64,000 bases of DNA from an uncultured Gammaproteobacteria bacterium (GTDB taxonomy: Bacteria; Pseudomonadota; Gammaproteobacteria; JAADHQ01), in assembly GCA_963807455.1 (NCBI GenBank), contig CAWECS010000014.1:91114-155113 (forward strand), written 5' to 3'. The position numbers and the translations under genes were made by a program. Positions 1-9,798 of the stretch are shown in pieces. Numbering within the stretch: position 1 is the first letter of the stretch; the number at the start of each line of letters is the position of its first letter. The notes under the pieces are model-generated. The model made no database searches, was not told where the DNA came from, and was given only the letters and a program-made list of their open reading frames with translations.

Positions 1-1272
1 GAGAAGACTTCTGCCTTGGCAGAGAAAGAGGCGCACATCAGATCAATCGTTGAGACTGCAGCTGATGGTATTATAAGCATTGATGAGCATGGATTGATCG
101 AGTTATTTAACCCGGCAGCCGAGCATATTTTTGGTTATAAGGCCACGGAGGTTATCGGCTCAAATGTAAAAATACTCATGCCGGAGCCATTTTATAGTCA
201 CCATGACAGCTATCTTGAGAATTATCGTCATACAGGCAAGGGGAGCATTATTGGTAGCGCGGGGCGTGAGGTAGAGGGAGCTCGTAAGGATAAAACAATT
301 TTTCCTATGGAGTTGACAGTATCCGAGCTTTACCTTGAAGGCCGTCGAAAATTCACCGGCATGGTGAGAGACATTACCGAGCGCAAACAAGCCCGGCAAG
401 AATTGAACAAGCGTTATGAGGATCTAAAGAGCGCTAATAAAAATCTGAAAGCAGCTCAAAGCCAGTTACTGCAGTCAGAGAAGATGGCCTCTATTGGTCA
501 ATTGGCGGCAGGTGTAGCACATGAAATCAACAACCCAGTGGGTTATATCAACTCTAATATTACTACTTTAGAACAATATCTGCATGATTTATTTAAGGTC
601 ATCGATGCCTATGAACAGCTGGCGATCAATACGCAGGATAATGACGATTTGGCCCATGTTAAAGCTGTCAAGGAAGAGGTGGAGCTTGAATATTTGAAAG
701 CAGACATCCTGGATCTCATAGGTGAGTCCCAGGAGGGTGTGTTACGCGTTAAACAAATTGTCCAGGATCTTAAGGATTTTTCTCATGTTGATGAGTCGGA
801 GTGGCAATGGGCAGATTTGCAAAAAGGTCTGGATAGCACGCTGAATGTCGCTCAGAACGAGATCAAATATAAGGCAGAGGTAGTGAAAGAATATGGTGAT
901 ATCCCGCAAATTGAATGCATGGCCTCGCAGATCAATCAGGTTTTTATGAATTTATTAGTCAACGCTGCACATGCTATAGAGGAGCGCGGCACGATTACCG
1001 TAAGAACTTATCAAGAGAATGAAGGTGTTGTTGTGGCTATTAGTGATACAGGAAAGGGTATGCCGGAAGAAGTAAAGGCACGGATATTTGAGCCCTTTTA
1101 TACAACCAAAGAGATTGGTAAAGGCACCGGGCTGGGCTTGTCTTTATCGTATGGGATCATTGAGAAGCATGGTGGTCGTATCGATGTTGATAGTGTTGTG
1201 GGCAAGGGCACCACATTTACGCTATGGTTGCCTGTACAACAAGTCACAAAAGACCAGGTACCCGCGGTATAA
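1..1272 (+). CDS. PAS-domain sensor histidine kinase (5' truncated by window edge)
   Basis: FixL-like PAS (IVETAADGII...LMPEP), H-box LAAGVAHEINNP, N-box QVFMNLLVNA, G-boxes DTGKGM and GTGLGL; the frame is open back to base 1. Confidence 0.9.
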   Translation, partial: EKTSALAEKEAHIRSIVETAADGIISIDEHGLIELFNPAAEHIFGYKATEVIGSNVKILMPEPFYSHHDSYLENYRHTGKGSIIGSAGREVEGARKDKTIFPMELTVSELYLEGRRKFTGMVRDITERKQARQELNKRYEDLKSANKNLKAAQSQLLQSEKMASIGQLAAGVAHEINNPVGYINSNITTLEQYLHDLFKVIDAYEQLAINTQDNDDLAHVKAVKEEVELEYLKADILDLIGESQEGVLRVKQIVQDLKDFSHVDESEWQWADLQKGLDSTLNVAQNEIKYKAEVVKEYGDIPQIECMASQINQVFMNLLVNAAHAIEERGTITVRTYQENEGVVVAISDTGKGMPEEVKARIFEPFYTTKEIGKGTGLGLSLSYGIIEKHGGRIDVDSVVGKGTTFTLWLPVQQVTKDQVPAV

Positions 1273-1440
1273 TGCCTGCTATTATAAAAATATAGTTCCA
1301 TTTAAAACGTAATGATTTTTATAAAGTATTTGCACATATAAGTCGGAATAGAAACTTATTGGATCCTCTTCCGCACTCGTCACCAAGGGTCACTTTTACC
1401 GCACTCTCTCATCAGCAATTAACATAAGGTTTTCCAGGGC

Positions 1441-1467
1441 TTAAGTAATTTGCTCTAGAACCGATAA
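1441..1467 (+). promoter_or_regulatory. Putative sigma28 (FliA) promoter
   Basis: TTAA-N15-ACCGATAA versus consensus TAAA-N15-GCCGATAA, about 30 bp before the receptor start. Confidence 0.55.
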
Positions 1468-1496
1468 TATTGGCTAGGATACTTGATGGAATTAAT

Positions 1497-2687
1497 GTGA
1501 TGAACAGCTATTTGGGGCGCTATTGGCTTGCCATTTTGTTAAGTTTGATGGCGGTCTTGTCCTCGTTTATGTCGGCGCATTGGTGGGTGCAAACCCCTGC
1601 GATGGTCTTTGCTATGGCTGCATGGATATTTTTGACGCGTAACACGGTGGTCACTGAATCTGTTGATAAAGGGCATATGGATGAAGTGGCACTATTAAAA
1701 CAAGCGCTCATATCATCGGCTGATGATATTAAATCCCAGATCGAAGCCATTCATGCGGATGTAAATCGAGTTAAGACAATGTTGAATGATGCTATTGCTA
1801 CTTTGCTAGCCAGCTTCTCAAATATTCATAAACAATCCAGTCTTCAAGGCAGCGATATACATAGATTGAACGAAAGAATCAATGCTATGTGTATAGCTGA
1901 TGGTGAGAAGCAGATAAGTTACGTGGAATTTGCTGATGAAACTGCTAAGACACTCAATTTCATGCATGAGCAGATTGCTAGCTTAAGCCATGAAAATGAC
2001 GCTATGGCGCAAATGATTCACGATACAGCAGAGGATATGGATCGGGTAGGTGATTTGCTGGTTGACGTGAAATCAATCGCTGATCAGACGAATTTACTGT
2101 CACTGAGTGCCGTAGAAGAAGTTGCTCGCGCTGGCGAGGCTGGTCGAGGGTTTGCAGTGCTTGTTGATGAAGTCAGAGAGTTATCGACGCGCTACACTGA
2201 TGTCAGCAACAAGATAAACGATACTGTCAACAATGCGCGTGGCCATATCAATGACAGCAAAGATAAAATTCTAAATATCTCCTCCAGGGATATGAGTCTG
2301 GTTATTCAATCAAAACAAGATGTCGATACAATGCTGGCGCAAATATCAAGCTTGAATGAGCTGTTTGCTTCTGACGTCGATGCCATTAACACCAGCTCTT
2401 GTGATATTGAGCAGAATTTGAGAGCGGTGATTTGTTCATTGCAATTCGAAGATATAACTTCCCAGTTGCTTGATCATATCAAACTCGAGGCCACGCATCT
2501 CAATGAAAGCTTTTTGGATCTCAGATATTTGATCGATAACTTTGATAATGAAGATAAATCCAGCAAGGTAAAACTTGATATTGTTTCACAGATAAAGACA
2601 TCGATTGACGATCGCTCGTCGAGTGCGTTAGAGACAAAGACAGTCACTCAGAAGTCAATGACTCCCGGGGATATTGAATTATTTTAA
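1497..2687 (+). CDS. Methyl-accepting chemotaxis protein, McpA-like
   Basis: Two adjacent N-terminal hydrophobic helices, divergent hairpin tip [43 protein letters not shown] motif, C-terminal DIELF; start GTG 1497 or ATG 1500. Confidence 0.85.
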   Translation: MMNSYLGRYWLAILLSLMAVLSSFMSAHWWVQTPAMVFAMAAWIFLTRNTVVTESVDKGHMDEVALLKQALISSADDIKSQIEAIHADVNRVKTMLNDAIATLLASFSNIHKQSSLQGSDIHRLNERINAMCIADGEKQISYVEFADETAKTLNFMHEQIASLSHENDAMAQMIHDTAEDMDRVGDLLVDVKSIADQTNLLSLSAVEEVARAGEAGRGFAVLVDEVRELSTRYTDVSNKINDTVNNARGHINDSKDKILNISSRDMSLVIQSKQDVDTMLAQISSLNELFASDVDAINTSSCDIEQNLRAVICSLQFEDITSQLLDHIKLEATHLNESFLDLRYLIDNFDNEDKSSKVKLDIVSQIKTSIDDRSSSALETKTVTQKSMTPGDIELF

Positions 2688-2851
2688 AGTTAATATGATG
2701 CTAAAAGGCATCAAAATATAAGGCGTATTATTAATCTATCCAATACGAATAGATTGAAAAATTCTGGAATCTTTTACAGTTTAAATTCGGCTCTGTTGCG
2801 TTTTTTAATAATATTTTATAGTTTTTTTAACTAATATTAAACGCAGGCGAT

Positions 2852-3751
2852 TCAGGATACCTTGTTTTTTAATCCCATGCCAAGATCATGGCAAATGATA
2901 ACAATTTCTTCAAAATCATCTTCACTAATGCCAAGGTAATGAAAAATAATATCGCGGCACTCGTTCCATTCAATATCAGTATCCTGTTCGCCAATTATTT
3001 TGTACAGGCCGACAATGTGCTCTGCCATCTTTAAGACAGCGAGGAGGTTCATCACATCGCTACCCTGGCTTCCAGTCTGGCCGAATATTTCTATAATGTT
3101 ATGATGTTGCTGGATAGCTTCACAAATTGAAGGTGATAGCTTCCATGATTTGGCTATATAAAAGCCGATGACCGCATGATTGGTATTGATTATATTGTTT
3201 TCAGCATCAATAAGTCTTTTTTCGCCGCAGTTGTAAGACGCATGCATCGTCTCTCTGTAGTCGCTGAATTTTGACATTAATAAAGGAATGCCAGCATTGT
3301 GGAACAGGCCAAGTGTGTAGGCCTCATCCGGAGAAATAAATCCAATTTGTTTGGCAATGGTAGCGGCGGTCAAAGCAACATCCTGGGCGGTATCCCAGAA
3401 GTGATTCATGTCTTTAATTTCGTCTTCAGATAAATTTTCATTGTTACTCAGTTCAGTATGAACGGCGATCGCATTGACGATATTAACGACGCTATTGATG
3501 CCCAGTAAAACCACGGCCTTCTGGATCGAAGTAATTTTATTACGCAAGCCAAAGAAAGGCGAGTTGACTGCTTTGAGTACCTTGCCTGAAATAGCGACAT
3601 CACGGCTGATCAAGCGGGCAATTTCATTGATATCAGGATCGGGCATGACTTGTTCCATCTGCAAGTCGACCATGATTTGTGGCTGAACCGGTATACTCAT
3701 ACCGCGCATGATGTTGTCTATTTGATCATCAGTCAGGGTTGTGTCTGTCAT
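2852..3751 (-). CDS. HDOD domain protein
   Basis: IPVQPQI..., LISRDVAISGKVLKAVNSPFFG, AYTLGLFHNAGIPLL, HAVIGFYIAKSWKL..AIQQHH. Confidence 0.9.
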   Translation of the reverse strand: MTDTTLTDDQIDNIMRGMSIPVQPQIMVDLQMEQVMPDPDINEIARLISRDVAISGKVLKAVNSPFFGLRNKITSIQKAVVLLGINSVVNIVNAIAVHTELSNNENLSEDEIKDMNHFWDTAQDVALTAATIAKQIGFISPDEAYTLGLFHNAGIPLLMSKFSDYRETMHASYNCGEKRLIDAENNIINTNHAVIGFYIAKSWKLSPSICEAIQQHHNIIEIFGQTGSQGSDVMNLLAVLKMAEHIVGLYKIIGEQDTDIEWNECRDIIFHYLGISEDDFEEIVIICHDLGMGLKNKVS

Positions 3752-3795
3752 ATTTATTCTTCAGGTGACTAATAAATTATCTTGCTACAGGTAAG

Positions 3796-3822
3796 TTATC
3801 GTCTAAATAATAGAATTATTGA
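3796..3822 (-). promoter_or_regulatory. Putative sigma28 promoter for the HDOD gene
   Basis: Minus strand TCAA-N15-GACGATAA, 45 bp upstream of the ATG. Confidence 0.45.
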
Positions 3823-3891
3823 GTTTTTTTTCAATAGATTTGGGGCAATTACAGGGTGGGAAACAGGGTTATTACCCTTTAAGAGAATTGT

Positions 3892-5634
3892 TTACGTTTG
3901 TCGAGTGACGTCTACATACAATGTCAGGCGTTGCCCTGGTTGCAGGTAATCATTTCGAGCCAGACGGTTCCATTCGAGTAGCTGTTTTATCGTTACCTTG
4001 AATTTATCCGAGATTAAAGCCAATGAGTCACCACGTCGTACAGTGTAATGAATTGTGCGTATGGTTGCTGCAGGTAAGGAACGGTTGGCCGGTGAATTGC
4101 TTGCTCCTGACAGGGACTTCGTTTTTGTCCACAATACCAGTTTTTTTCCGGGCTTTAATGTATCAGCAGGCGCCATACCATTCCACTTGGCCAGGCTTCT
4201 TACTGAAACTTTATATTTCCGGGACAGGTCCCAGAACGTATCGCCGTTTTTGACAATAATAATATTTTTTTGGCCGCTTTTATTTTTACTCAAACGTGAT
4301 ATGGATCGTTGCTTGCTGGTGAGTGAATAATCTTTTAATTCCTGTTTGGCCACAGGAATCATCAAGTGCTTACCCTCGCGTATCTGCTGGCTTTTGATCT
4401 GATTGATTTGAGTCAGTAATTTAACTGTGGTGTTATAGCGTTGAGCTATATGACTCAGGGTTTCACCTGCTTTGATCTGGTGCCGTTCCCATTGAATGAA
4501 CTGATCTTTTGGGGTTTTTGCCAGGCGTTCATGGTAAATGGATTCCTTTTCAACTGGAATGAGTAGACTTGCTGGTTTATTCGGTACGGTAGCCCAATGA
4601 TTAAATGCCGGGTTCAAGCGGTAAACTTCATCAATGGATATATCGGCGAGTTTAGCCACCAGGGCAAGATCAATTTGTGCAGAGGTTTTTACTTCAACCA
4701 CAGCAGGTTCGTTGAGAACTGGTTTGAGAGCAATGTTATGTTGCTGCGGGTTGGCGACGATGGCGCTAATAGCGAGCAATTTGGGGACGTAGGCGCGTGT
4801 TTCATCAGGTAGATCCAGGTGCCAGAAATCTGTAGGGAGGCCTTTTTTCTTGTTCTTTCGTATGGCGCGCCTGACATTGCCTTCGCCTGAATTATAGGCA
4901 GCCAGGGCCAGTAACCAGTCACCACCGAGTCGCTTATGCAGAGACTCAAGATACTTGAGTGCGGCCATTGTAGAGGCGCGGACATCGCGACGCCCGTCAT
5001 ACCACCAGTTTTGTTTCAGGCCAAACATGCGGCCAGTGCCTGGAATAAATTGCCAGATACCGGCAGCGCGGCCATGGGAATAGGCAAAGGGTTGAAAGGC
5101 GCTCTCAACGATAGGTAATAGTGCAATTTCAGCGGGCATGTTCTTCTCATCAATCCGTTCCATGATCATAAACAGGAAGGGTCTGGCGCGCTCTGTAACT
5201 CTGTCTAAGTAGTCCTGATGACGGGCATAGTAGCTAATGTGTTCTGCAACGCGCGGGTTGCTTTCTTCACCGCTAAGTTGCATTCCATCTTTGATGCGGT
5301 GCCAGACATTGGTTTCCTGCGCAGTTTCAAATAGTGGGATTTTAGTGACCGGATTATCGACAGTATTGAATGCAATTCGTTGGCTATCAGAGGTGTTTTC
5401 AGGTTCGTTGCCTGGTTCGATTAATAGTGCGGTATGTTGTCCGGATAAATGGGTAAGCTTTACAGGTTCCACTGTACTTATAGTAGTCACCTGGGCTGGC
5501 TTGTCCTCGATATCGGCATCGGCTTTAAACAGGTTATGATTACATGCGCTGGTTAAGGCCAGTAGCGCCATCAGTGAAAACCACAGAAAATACGATATTT
5601 TTTTATTTATCATGCAAATTCTATTATTAATCAA
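3892..5634 (-). CDS. mltD: Membrane-bound lytic murein transglycosylase D with LysM domains
   Basis: Lipobox LTSAC, SLT motifs LLPIVESAF, AAGIWQFIPGTG, LAAYNSGEG, ETRAYVPK and three LysM repeats; likely start 5613; typical synteny with gloB. Confidence 0.95.
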   Translation of the reverse strand: MINNRICMINKKISYFLWFSLMALLALTSACNHNLFKADADIEDKPAQVTTISTVEPVKLTHLSGQHTALLIEPGNEPENTSDSQRIAFNTVDNPVTKIPLFETAQETNVWHRIKDGMQLSGEESNPRVAEHISYYARHQDYLDRVTERARPFLFMIMERIDEKNMPAEIALLPIVESAFQPFAYSHGRAAGIWQFIPGTGRMFGLKQNWWYDGRRDVRASTMAALKYLESLHKRLGGDWLLALAAYNSGEGNVRRAIRKNKKKGLPTDFWHLDLPDETRAYVPKLLAISAIVANPQQHNIALKPVLNEPAVVEVKTSAQIDLALVAKLADISIDEVYRLNPAFNHWATVPNKPASLLIPVEKESIYHERLAKTPKDQFIQWERHQIKAGETLSHIAQRYNTTVKLLTQINQIKSQQIREGKHLMIPVAKQELKDYSLTSKQRSISRLSKNKSGQKNIIIVKNGDTFWDLSRKYKVSVRSLAKWNGMAPADTLKPGKKLVLWTKTKSLSGASNSPANRSLPAATIRTIHYTVRRGDSLALISDKFKVTIKQLLEWNRLARNDYLQPGQRLTLYVDVTRQT

Positions 5635-6400
5635 GAGTATCCTTCCAATGTCGAACTATAGTAAATGTTTCGGCACCTGATTCTAATCGCTTTAATGCGA
5701 AATTTTCTGCTGCTCTGGTCACATTTGTAAGATGACAGCGCAAAAAAGGATTGGTCGTCTTTTCCAGCGATAAAGGCGCTGGCACAGTGGCCTGACCCTG
5801 CTGGCGCGCAGCTACGGTAGCATTGATGCGTGCCTGTAATGCCTCACTATCGGGCTCCACAACCTTGGCAAACTTAAGGTTATCAAGTGTGTACTCATGT
5901 GCACAGTAAACCAGGGTGTCGTCCGGTAATGACGCGATTTTTTCAAGTGAAGCATACATCTGTTCTGGCGAGCCTTCAAACAGACGGCCACATCCACCCG
6001 TGAACAGAGTATCACCGCAAAACAGGGACCTGTCGTTGTAATAGGCAATATGTCCGCGGGTATGGCCTGGCACCTCAAGTACCTGGAATGTGCTGTTCAA
6101 CTTTTCCAGTCTGACGCTATCACCTTCTGCGACCGGATTGGTGATCGTGGCAATGCCCTCATTGGAAGGTCCATAAACAGGCATCGGGAATTGTTGTGTC
6201 AGCTGTCTAATACCACCAATATGGTCGCTGTGGTGATGGGTCACCAGGATGGCGACGGGTATATACTCATGTTCTCTGATGGCATTCAGGACCGGCTTTG
6301 CGTCACCCGGGTCAACAATCGCAATATAAGGGCTATTTTCCTTCTGAATCAACCAGATATAGTTGTCTGAAAAGGCCGGTATGTAACTAATTTTGAGCAT
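5627..6400 (-). CDS. gloB: Hydroxyacylglutathione hydrolase (glyoxalase II)
   Basis: THHHSDHIGG, PGHTRGH, FCGDTLF, CAHEYT, EKTTNPFLR. Confidence 0.96.
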   Translation of the reverse strand: MLKISYIPAFSDNYIWLIQKENSPYIAIVDPGDAKPVLNAIREHEYIPVAILVTHHHSDHIGGIRQLTQQFPMPVYGPSNEGIATITNPVAEGDSVRLEKLNSTFQVLEVPGHTRGHIAYYNDRSLFCGDTLFTGGCGRLFEGSPEQMYASLEKIASLPDDTLVYCAHEYTLDNLKFAKVVEPDSEALQARINATVAARQQGQATVPAPLSLEKTTNPFLRCHLTNVTRAAENFALKRLESGAETFTIVRHWKDTLD

Positions 6401-6539
6401 GACTGTATCCTGTCAGTTCTTGTCTTGCGGGTCAATATATCGGCAAAATATGACGTTAAGCCCTGCATTGCAATAGTGTTAAATGGCAACAGCTTATTAG
6501 AACATGCGTAAGAAATGAATATGGTATGCTATTAAAATC

Positions 6540-7352
6540 ATGAATAAAATTTCTTCCGCTCACTGTTTTTTTCAACGTGACCAGCAATTGGCAGATTGGT
6601 ATGCTTCGTCGTTAGGAAAAATGCTGGCAGAAGAGGAGCAGGATGAACTTGATCAGGTGCTGCCCGATTTGTTTGGCTATCATCTGCTGCAGTTAGGCTC
6701 ATCGGAGACCTCGTTGTTATCAGCCAGTCGTATTCTGCATAAAGTGGTGCTGGATGGACACCAGAAAAATGAGATATTTCCTTCGCAAATCAATGGCATA
6801 CCAGAGCAACTTCCAATACAGCCTGATTGCATTGATGCAGTTTTGTTGCATCATTCTCTGGATCTGGCCATGGATCCGAGGCAAGTGCTGAGGGAAGCGG
6901 AGCGTGTGCTGGTGCCGGAAGGACACCTGATAATATTAGGCTTCAACTCCAGGAGCCTGTGGGGACTGAGACGCATGTTGAGTCGCGGCCATGCAGATGC
7001 ACCCTGGGGTAACCGCTTTTTATCGGTGCCCCGTGTCAAAGACTGGTTAGCCCTGCTTGGACTGGAGATAACCACCATACGCTATCGGTTTTACCGCCCA
7101 CCCATAGGACGTAAGGCCGTGTCAGATAAGCTACGTTTTCTCGAAAGCTGGGGCCAGAAGTGGTGGCCATTCCTCGGTGGTGCTTACCTGTTAGTGGCGA
7201 AGAAAAAAGTATCGACACTGACGCCTATCAAACCACGCTGGCGCCCGCGACGGAGCCTTGTTCAGGGGCTCACAGATGCCGCATCAAGGACAACAGGCAC
7301 CAGTTTCTCGTTAGAAGGCAAAAGGCCAGGTGAAATACATGATGACCAGTAA
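6540..7352 (+). CDS. Class I SAM-dependent methyltransferase (YafS-like)
   Basis: LFGYHLLQLG, LREAERVLVPEGHLII; conserved position between gloB and rnhA. Confidence 0.85.
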   Translation: MNKISSAHCFFQRDQQLADWYASSLGKMLAEEEQDELDQVLPDLFGYHLLQLGSSETSLLSASRILHKVVLDGHQKNEIFPSQINGIPEQLPIQPDCIDAVLLHHSLDLAMDPRQVLREAERVLVPEGHLIILGFNSRSLWGLRRMLSRGHADAPWGNRFLSVPRVKDWLALLGLEITTIRYRFYRPPIGRKAVSDKLRFLESWGQKWWPFLGGAYLLVAKKKVSTLTPIKPRWRPRRSLVQGLTDAASRTTGTSFSLEGKRPGEIHDDQ

Positions 7353-7474
7353 AGTCAGAGTCATATCAGTGACAGATATTATTCATATGGCTCCCTCTGG
7401 CCAGATGTTTGCACGTTTTCAAACGATGGGGAGAGCCGGATTTTGTAATGCGAGATGGTGCTTGAGTAAAAAAA

Positions 7475-7912
7475 ATGTCAACAGTTGAGATATTTACAGA
7501 CGGCGCATGCCGAGGAAATCCAGGTCCTGGTGGCTGGGGCGCATTATTGCGTTTCAACAGTACTGAAAAGCAATTATTTGGTGCAGAGGTTGAGACAACC
7601 AATAACCGCATGGAGTTAATGGCCGCTATAGTCGCACTGGAATCGCTGACCAGGTCTTGTGATGTTGTCTTAACTACCGACTCACAATATGTTAAAAAAG
7701 GCATCACCGAATGGATCGATGGCTGGAAAAAACGCAATTGGAAAACGGCTGGGCGAAAGCCAGTCAAGAATACCGACTTATGGCAACGTCTTGATCAGGC
7801 TGTTGTCAGGCATAATATTCAATGGCAGTGGGTGCGGGGGCACTCAGGCCATCCGGAAAACGAAATGGCAGATCAGTTAGCCAATCGGGCGATTGATGAG
7901 ATGCTATCATGA
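7475..7912 (+). CDS. rnhA: Ribonuclease HI
   Basis: [49 protein letters not shown]. Confidence 0.98.
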   Translation: MSTVEIFTDGACRGNPGPGGWGALLRFNSTEKQLFGAEVETTNNRMELMAAIVALESLTRSCDVVLTTDSQYVKKGITEWIDGWKKRNWKTAGRKPVKNTDLWQRLDQAVVRHNIQWQWVRGHSGHPENEMADQLANRAIDEMLS

Positions 7913-7940
7913 TCAAGCAAGTGTAATAACAGGAAAAACC

Positions 7941-8651
7941 ATGCGACAAATTGTACTGGATACAGAAACCACAGGTTTGGAGCCAAAGCAGGGCCATCGA
8001 ATTATTGAGATAGGTTGTGTGGAATTGCTTGATCGCAAGCTCACCGGTAATCATTACCATCAATATATACAGCCCGATCGTGAAATAGATGAAGGTGCTA
8101 TTGAAGTGCATGGCATCACCAGAGAATTTCTGTCAGACAAACCTCGCTTTGCAAATATTGCCGAGGATTTTCTTACTTTCATAAAAGGTGCTGAGTTGAT
8201 TATTCATAATGCACCTTTCGATGTGGGCTTTATAGACCATGAGTTATCGCTGATAAACTACGGCCAGACGACGACAGATATTTGCTCCGTTCTGGATACG
8301 CTGGTGATGGCACGTGAAATGCATCCTGGTCAAAGGAATAGCCTGGATGCCTTGTGCAAGCGCTATGAAATCGATAATTCACAACGACAGAAACATGGAG
8401 CATTACTGGACTCCGAGATCCTGGCTGATGTTTATTTAACCATGACAGGCGGCCAGGTGAGCCTAAGCCTGGGCAGTCATGAAGACCAACAGCAAGGCAG
8501 TATCGGCTATGAGCAGGTGAAGCTCATCGATAGTAACAGGCCAGCACTGCGTGTCATCAATGCCACAGTTGATGAACTGGAAAGCCATGCGAAATATCTC
8601 GAGTTAATTAATAAAGCCAGTAACAATGCTTGTGTGTGGAGCAGCGATTAG
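7941..8651 (+). CDS. dnaQ: DNA polymerase III epsilon subunit
   Basis: MRQIVLDTETTG, HNAPFDVGF, HGALLDSEILADVYL; AGGA RBS before ATG 7941. Confidence 0.97.
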   Translation: MRQIVLDTETTGLEPKQGHRIIEIGCVELLDRKLTGNHYHQYIQPDREIDEGAIEVHGITREFLSDKPRFANIAEDFLTFIKGAELIIHNAPFDVGFIDHELSLINYGQTTTDICSVLDTLVMAREMHPGQRNSLDALCKRYEIDNSQRQKHGALLDSEILADVYLTMTGGQVSLSLGSHEDQQQGSIGYEQVKLIDSNRPALRVINATVDELESHAKYLELINKASNNACVWSSD

Positions 8652-8997
8652 GCATCTATCCGTTGCAATAATATTTTTTATCTCCATTAACCACGCATTC
8701 GCTCAAGCTGTAAGTCTTGGGTATTTATCATTGCTCCCTGCCAAAACCTTTTTTTAAAAGCCGTTAAATCGTCTAATACCAAGCCCATAGATCCTGTTGT
8801 TAGACAGACAATCTAAATAATTTACCAGCATTTCAATCCTGATTTTACGCCACTCTATGCCTGTTCTGCCGGCAGGTCCGGCGATTGCACCGTTTGATTT
8901 TACTAGTGCAATGAAAAGTTATTTTTTCATGCTCTTTTATTAGATTTTCCAGCCGATTACCGCGTTTTTTTTATTTTTTTAATACCAGCTAAATCAC

Positions 8998-9024
8998 TAA
9001 AGCTTTAAAGCATTATGTCGATAA
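8998..9024 (+). promoter_or_regulatory. Sigma28 (FliA) promoter of the che cluster
   Basis: TAAA-N15-GTCGATAA, one mismatch to consensus, 41 bp before the STAS ATG. Confidence 0.75.
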
Positions 9025-9065
9025 GCAAGAAAGCATACAGAAATAAGGCTATTGCGGAGCTATAA

Positions 9066-9383
9066 ATGGATGAAAATCCAATAAAAATCAGTGATTCAGC
9101 AAATGGGAAATGTATTATTTGCCCGGATTATTTTGATATTTCACTGGCAGCGCAATTGCACCAGATGCTGTGCGAAGTCATGCAAGAAAAACCCGTTAGG
9201 ATCGAACTGGATGGTCAGAATATCGAGATAATTGATACCTCGATTCTGCAAACGCTATGCGCATTTTTCCGTGATGCCAGCAGCGCTGGAATTAGTGTGA
9301 GCTGGATAAATGTCAATGATGTGCTCTGCCGAGCGGCGCTGGTTCTGGGTTTGACGGCACCATTACATTTGCAATCTGAATAA
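9066..9383 (+). CDS. STAS domain protein
   Basis: IELDGQNIEIIDTSILQTL STAS-like motif; first gene of the che cluster. Confidence 0.8.
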   Translation: MDENPIKISDSANGKCIICPDYFDISLAAQLHQMLCEVMQEKPVRIELDGQNIEIIDTSILQTLCAFFRDASSAGISVSWINVNDVLCRAALVLGLTAPLHLQSE

Positions 9384-9431
9384 CACAAGCTAATCAAAAG
9401 CAGTGATCAGGAAGGGTATAGAGGAATATAT

Positions 9432-9794
9432 ATGGCGACGATCTTGACAGTAGATGATTCAACCTCAATGCGACAAATGGTCATGTATACACTGACACAG
9501 GCTGGTTATGATGTTGCTGAAGCAGCAGATGGTGTTGAAGGCTTTGAGAAGGCGCAGTCAAATCGATTTAATCTGATCATCACTGATGTCAATATGCCAA
9601 GGATGGATGGTATTACCCTGGTCAAGGAACTCAGAGGATTGACCAACTACAAGTTTACTCCGATCTTGTTGTTGACGACGGAAGCAGGTGCTGACAAAAA
9701 GAAACAGGGAAAAGAAGCCGGTGCTACCGGTTGGTTGGTCAAGCCTTTTAATCCTGATCAATTACTGAATACGATCAAAAAAGTAATAGGTTAG
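9432..9794 (+). CDS. cheY: Chemotaxis response regulator CheY
   Basis: Single receiver domain VDDS, TDVNMP, LLTTE, GWLVKPF; directly before cheA. Confidence 0.93.
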   Translation: MATILTVDDSTSMRQMVMYTLTQAGYDVAEAADGVEGFEKAQSNRFNLIITDVNMPRMDGITLVKELRGLTNYKFTPILLLTTEAGADKKKQGKEAGATGWLVKPFNPDQLLNTIKKVIG

Positions 9795-9798
9795 CTGA

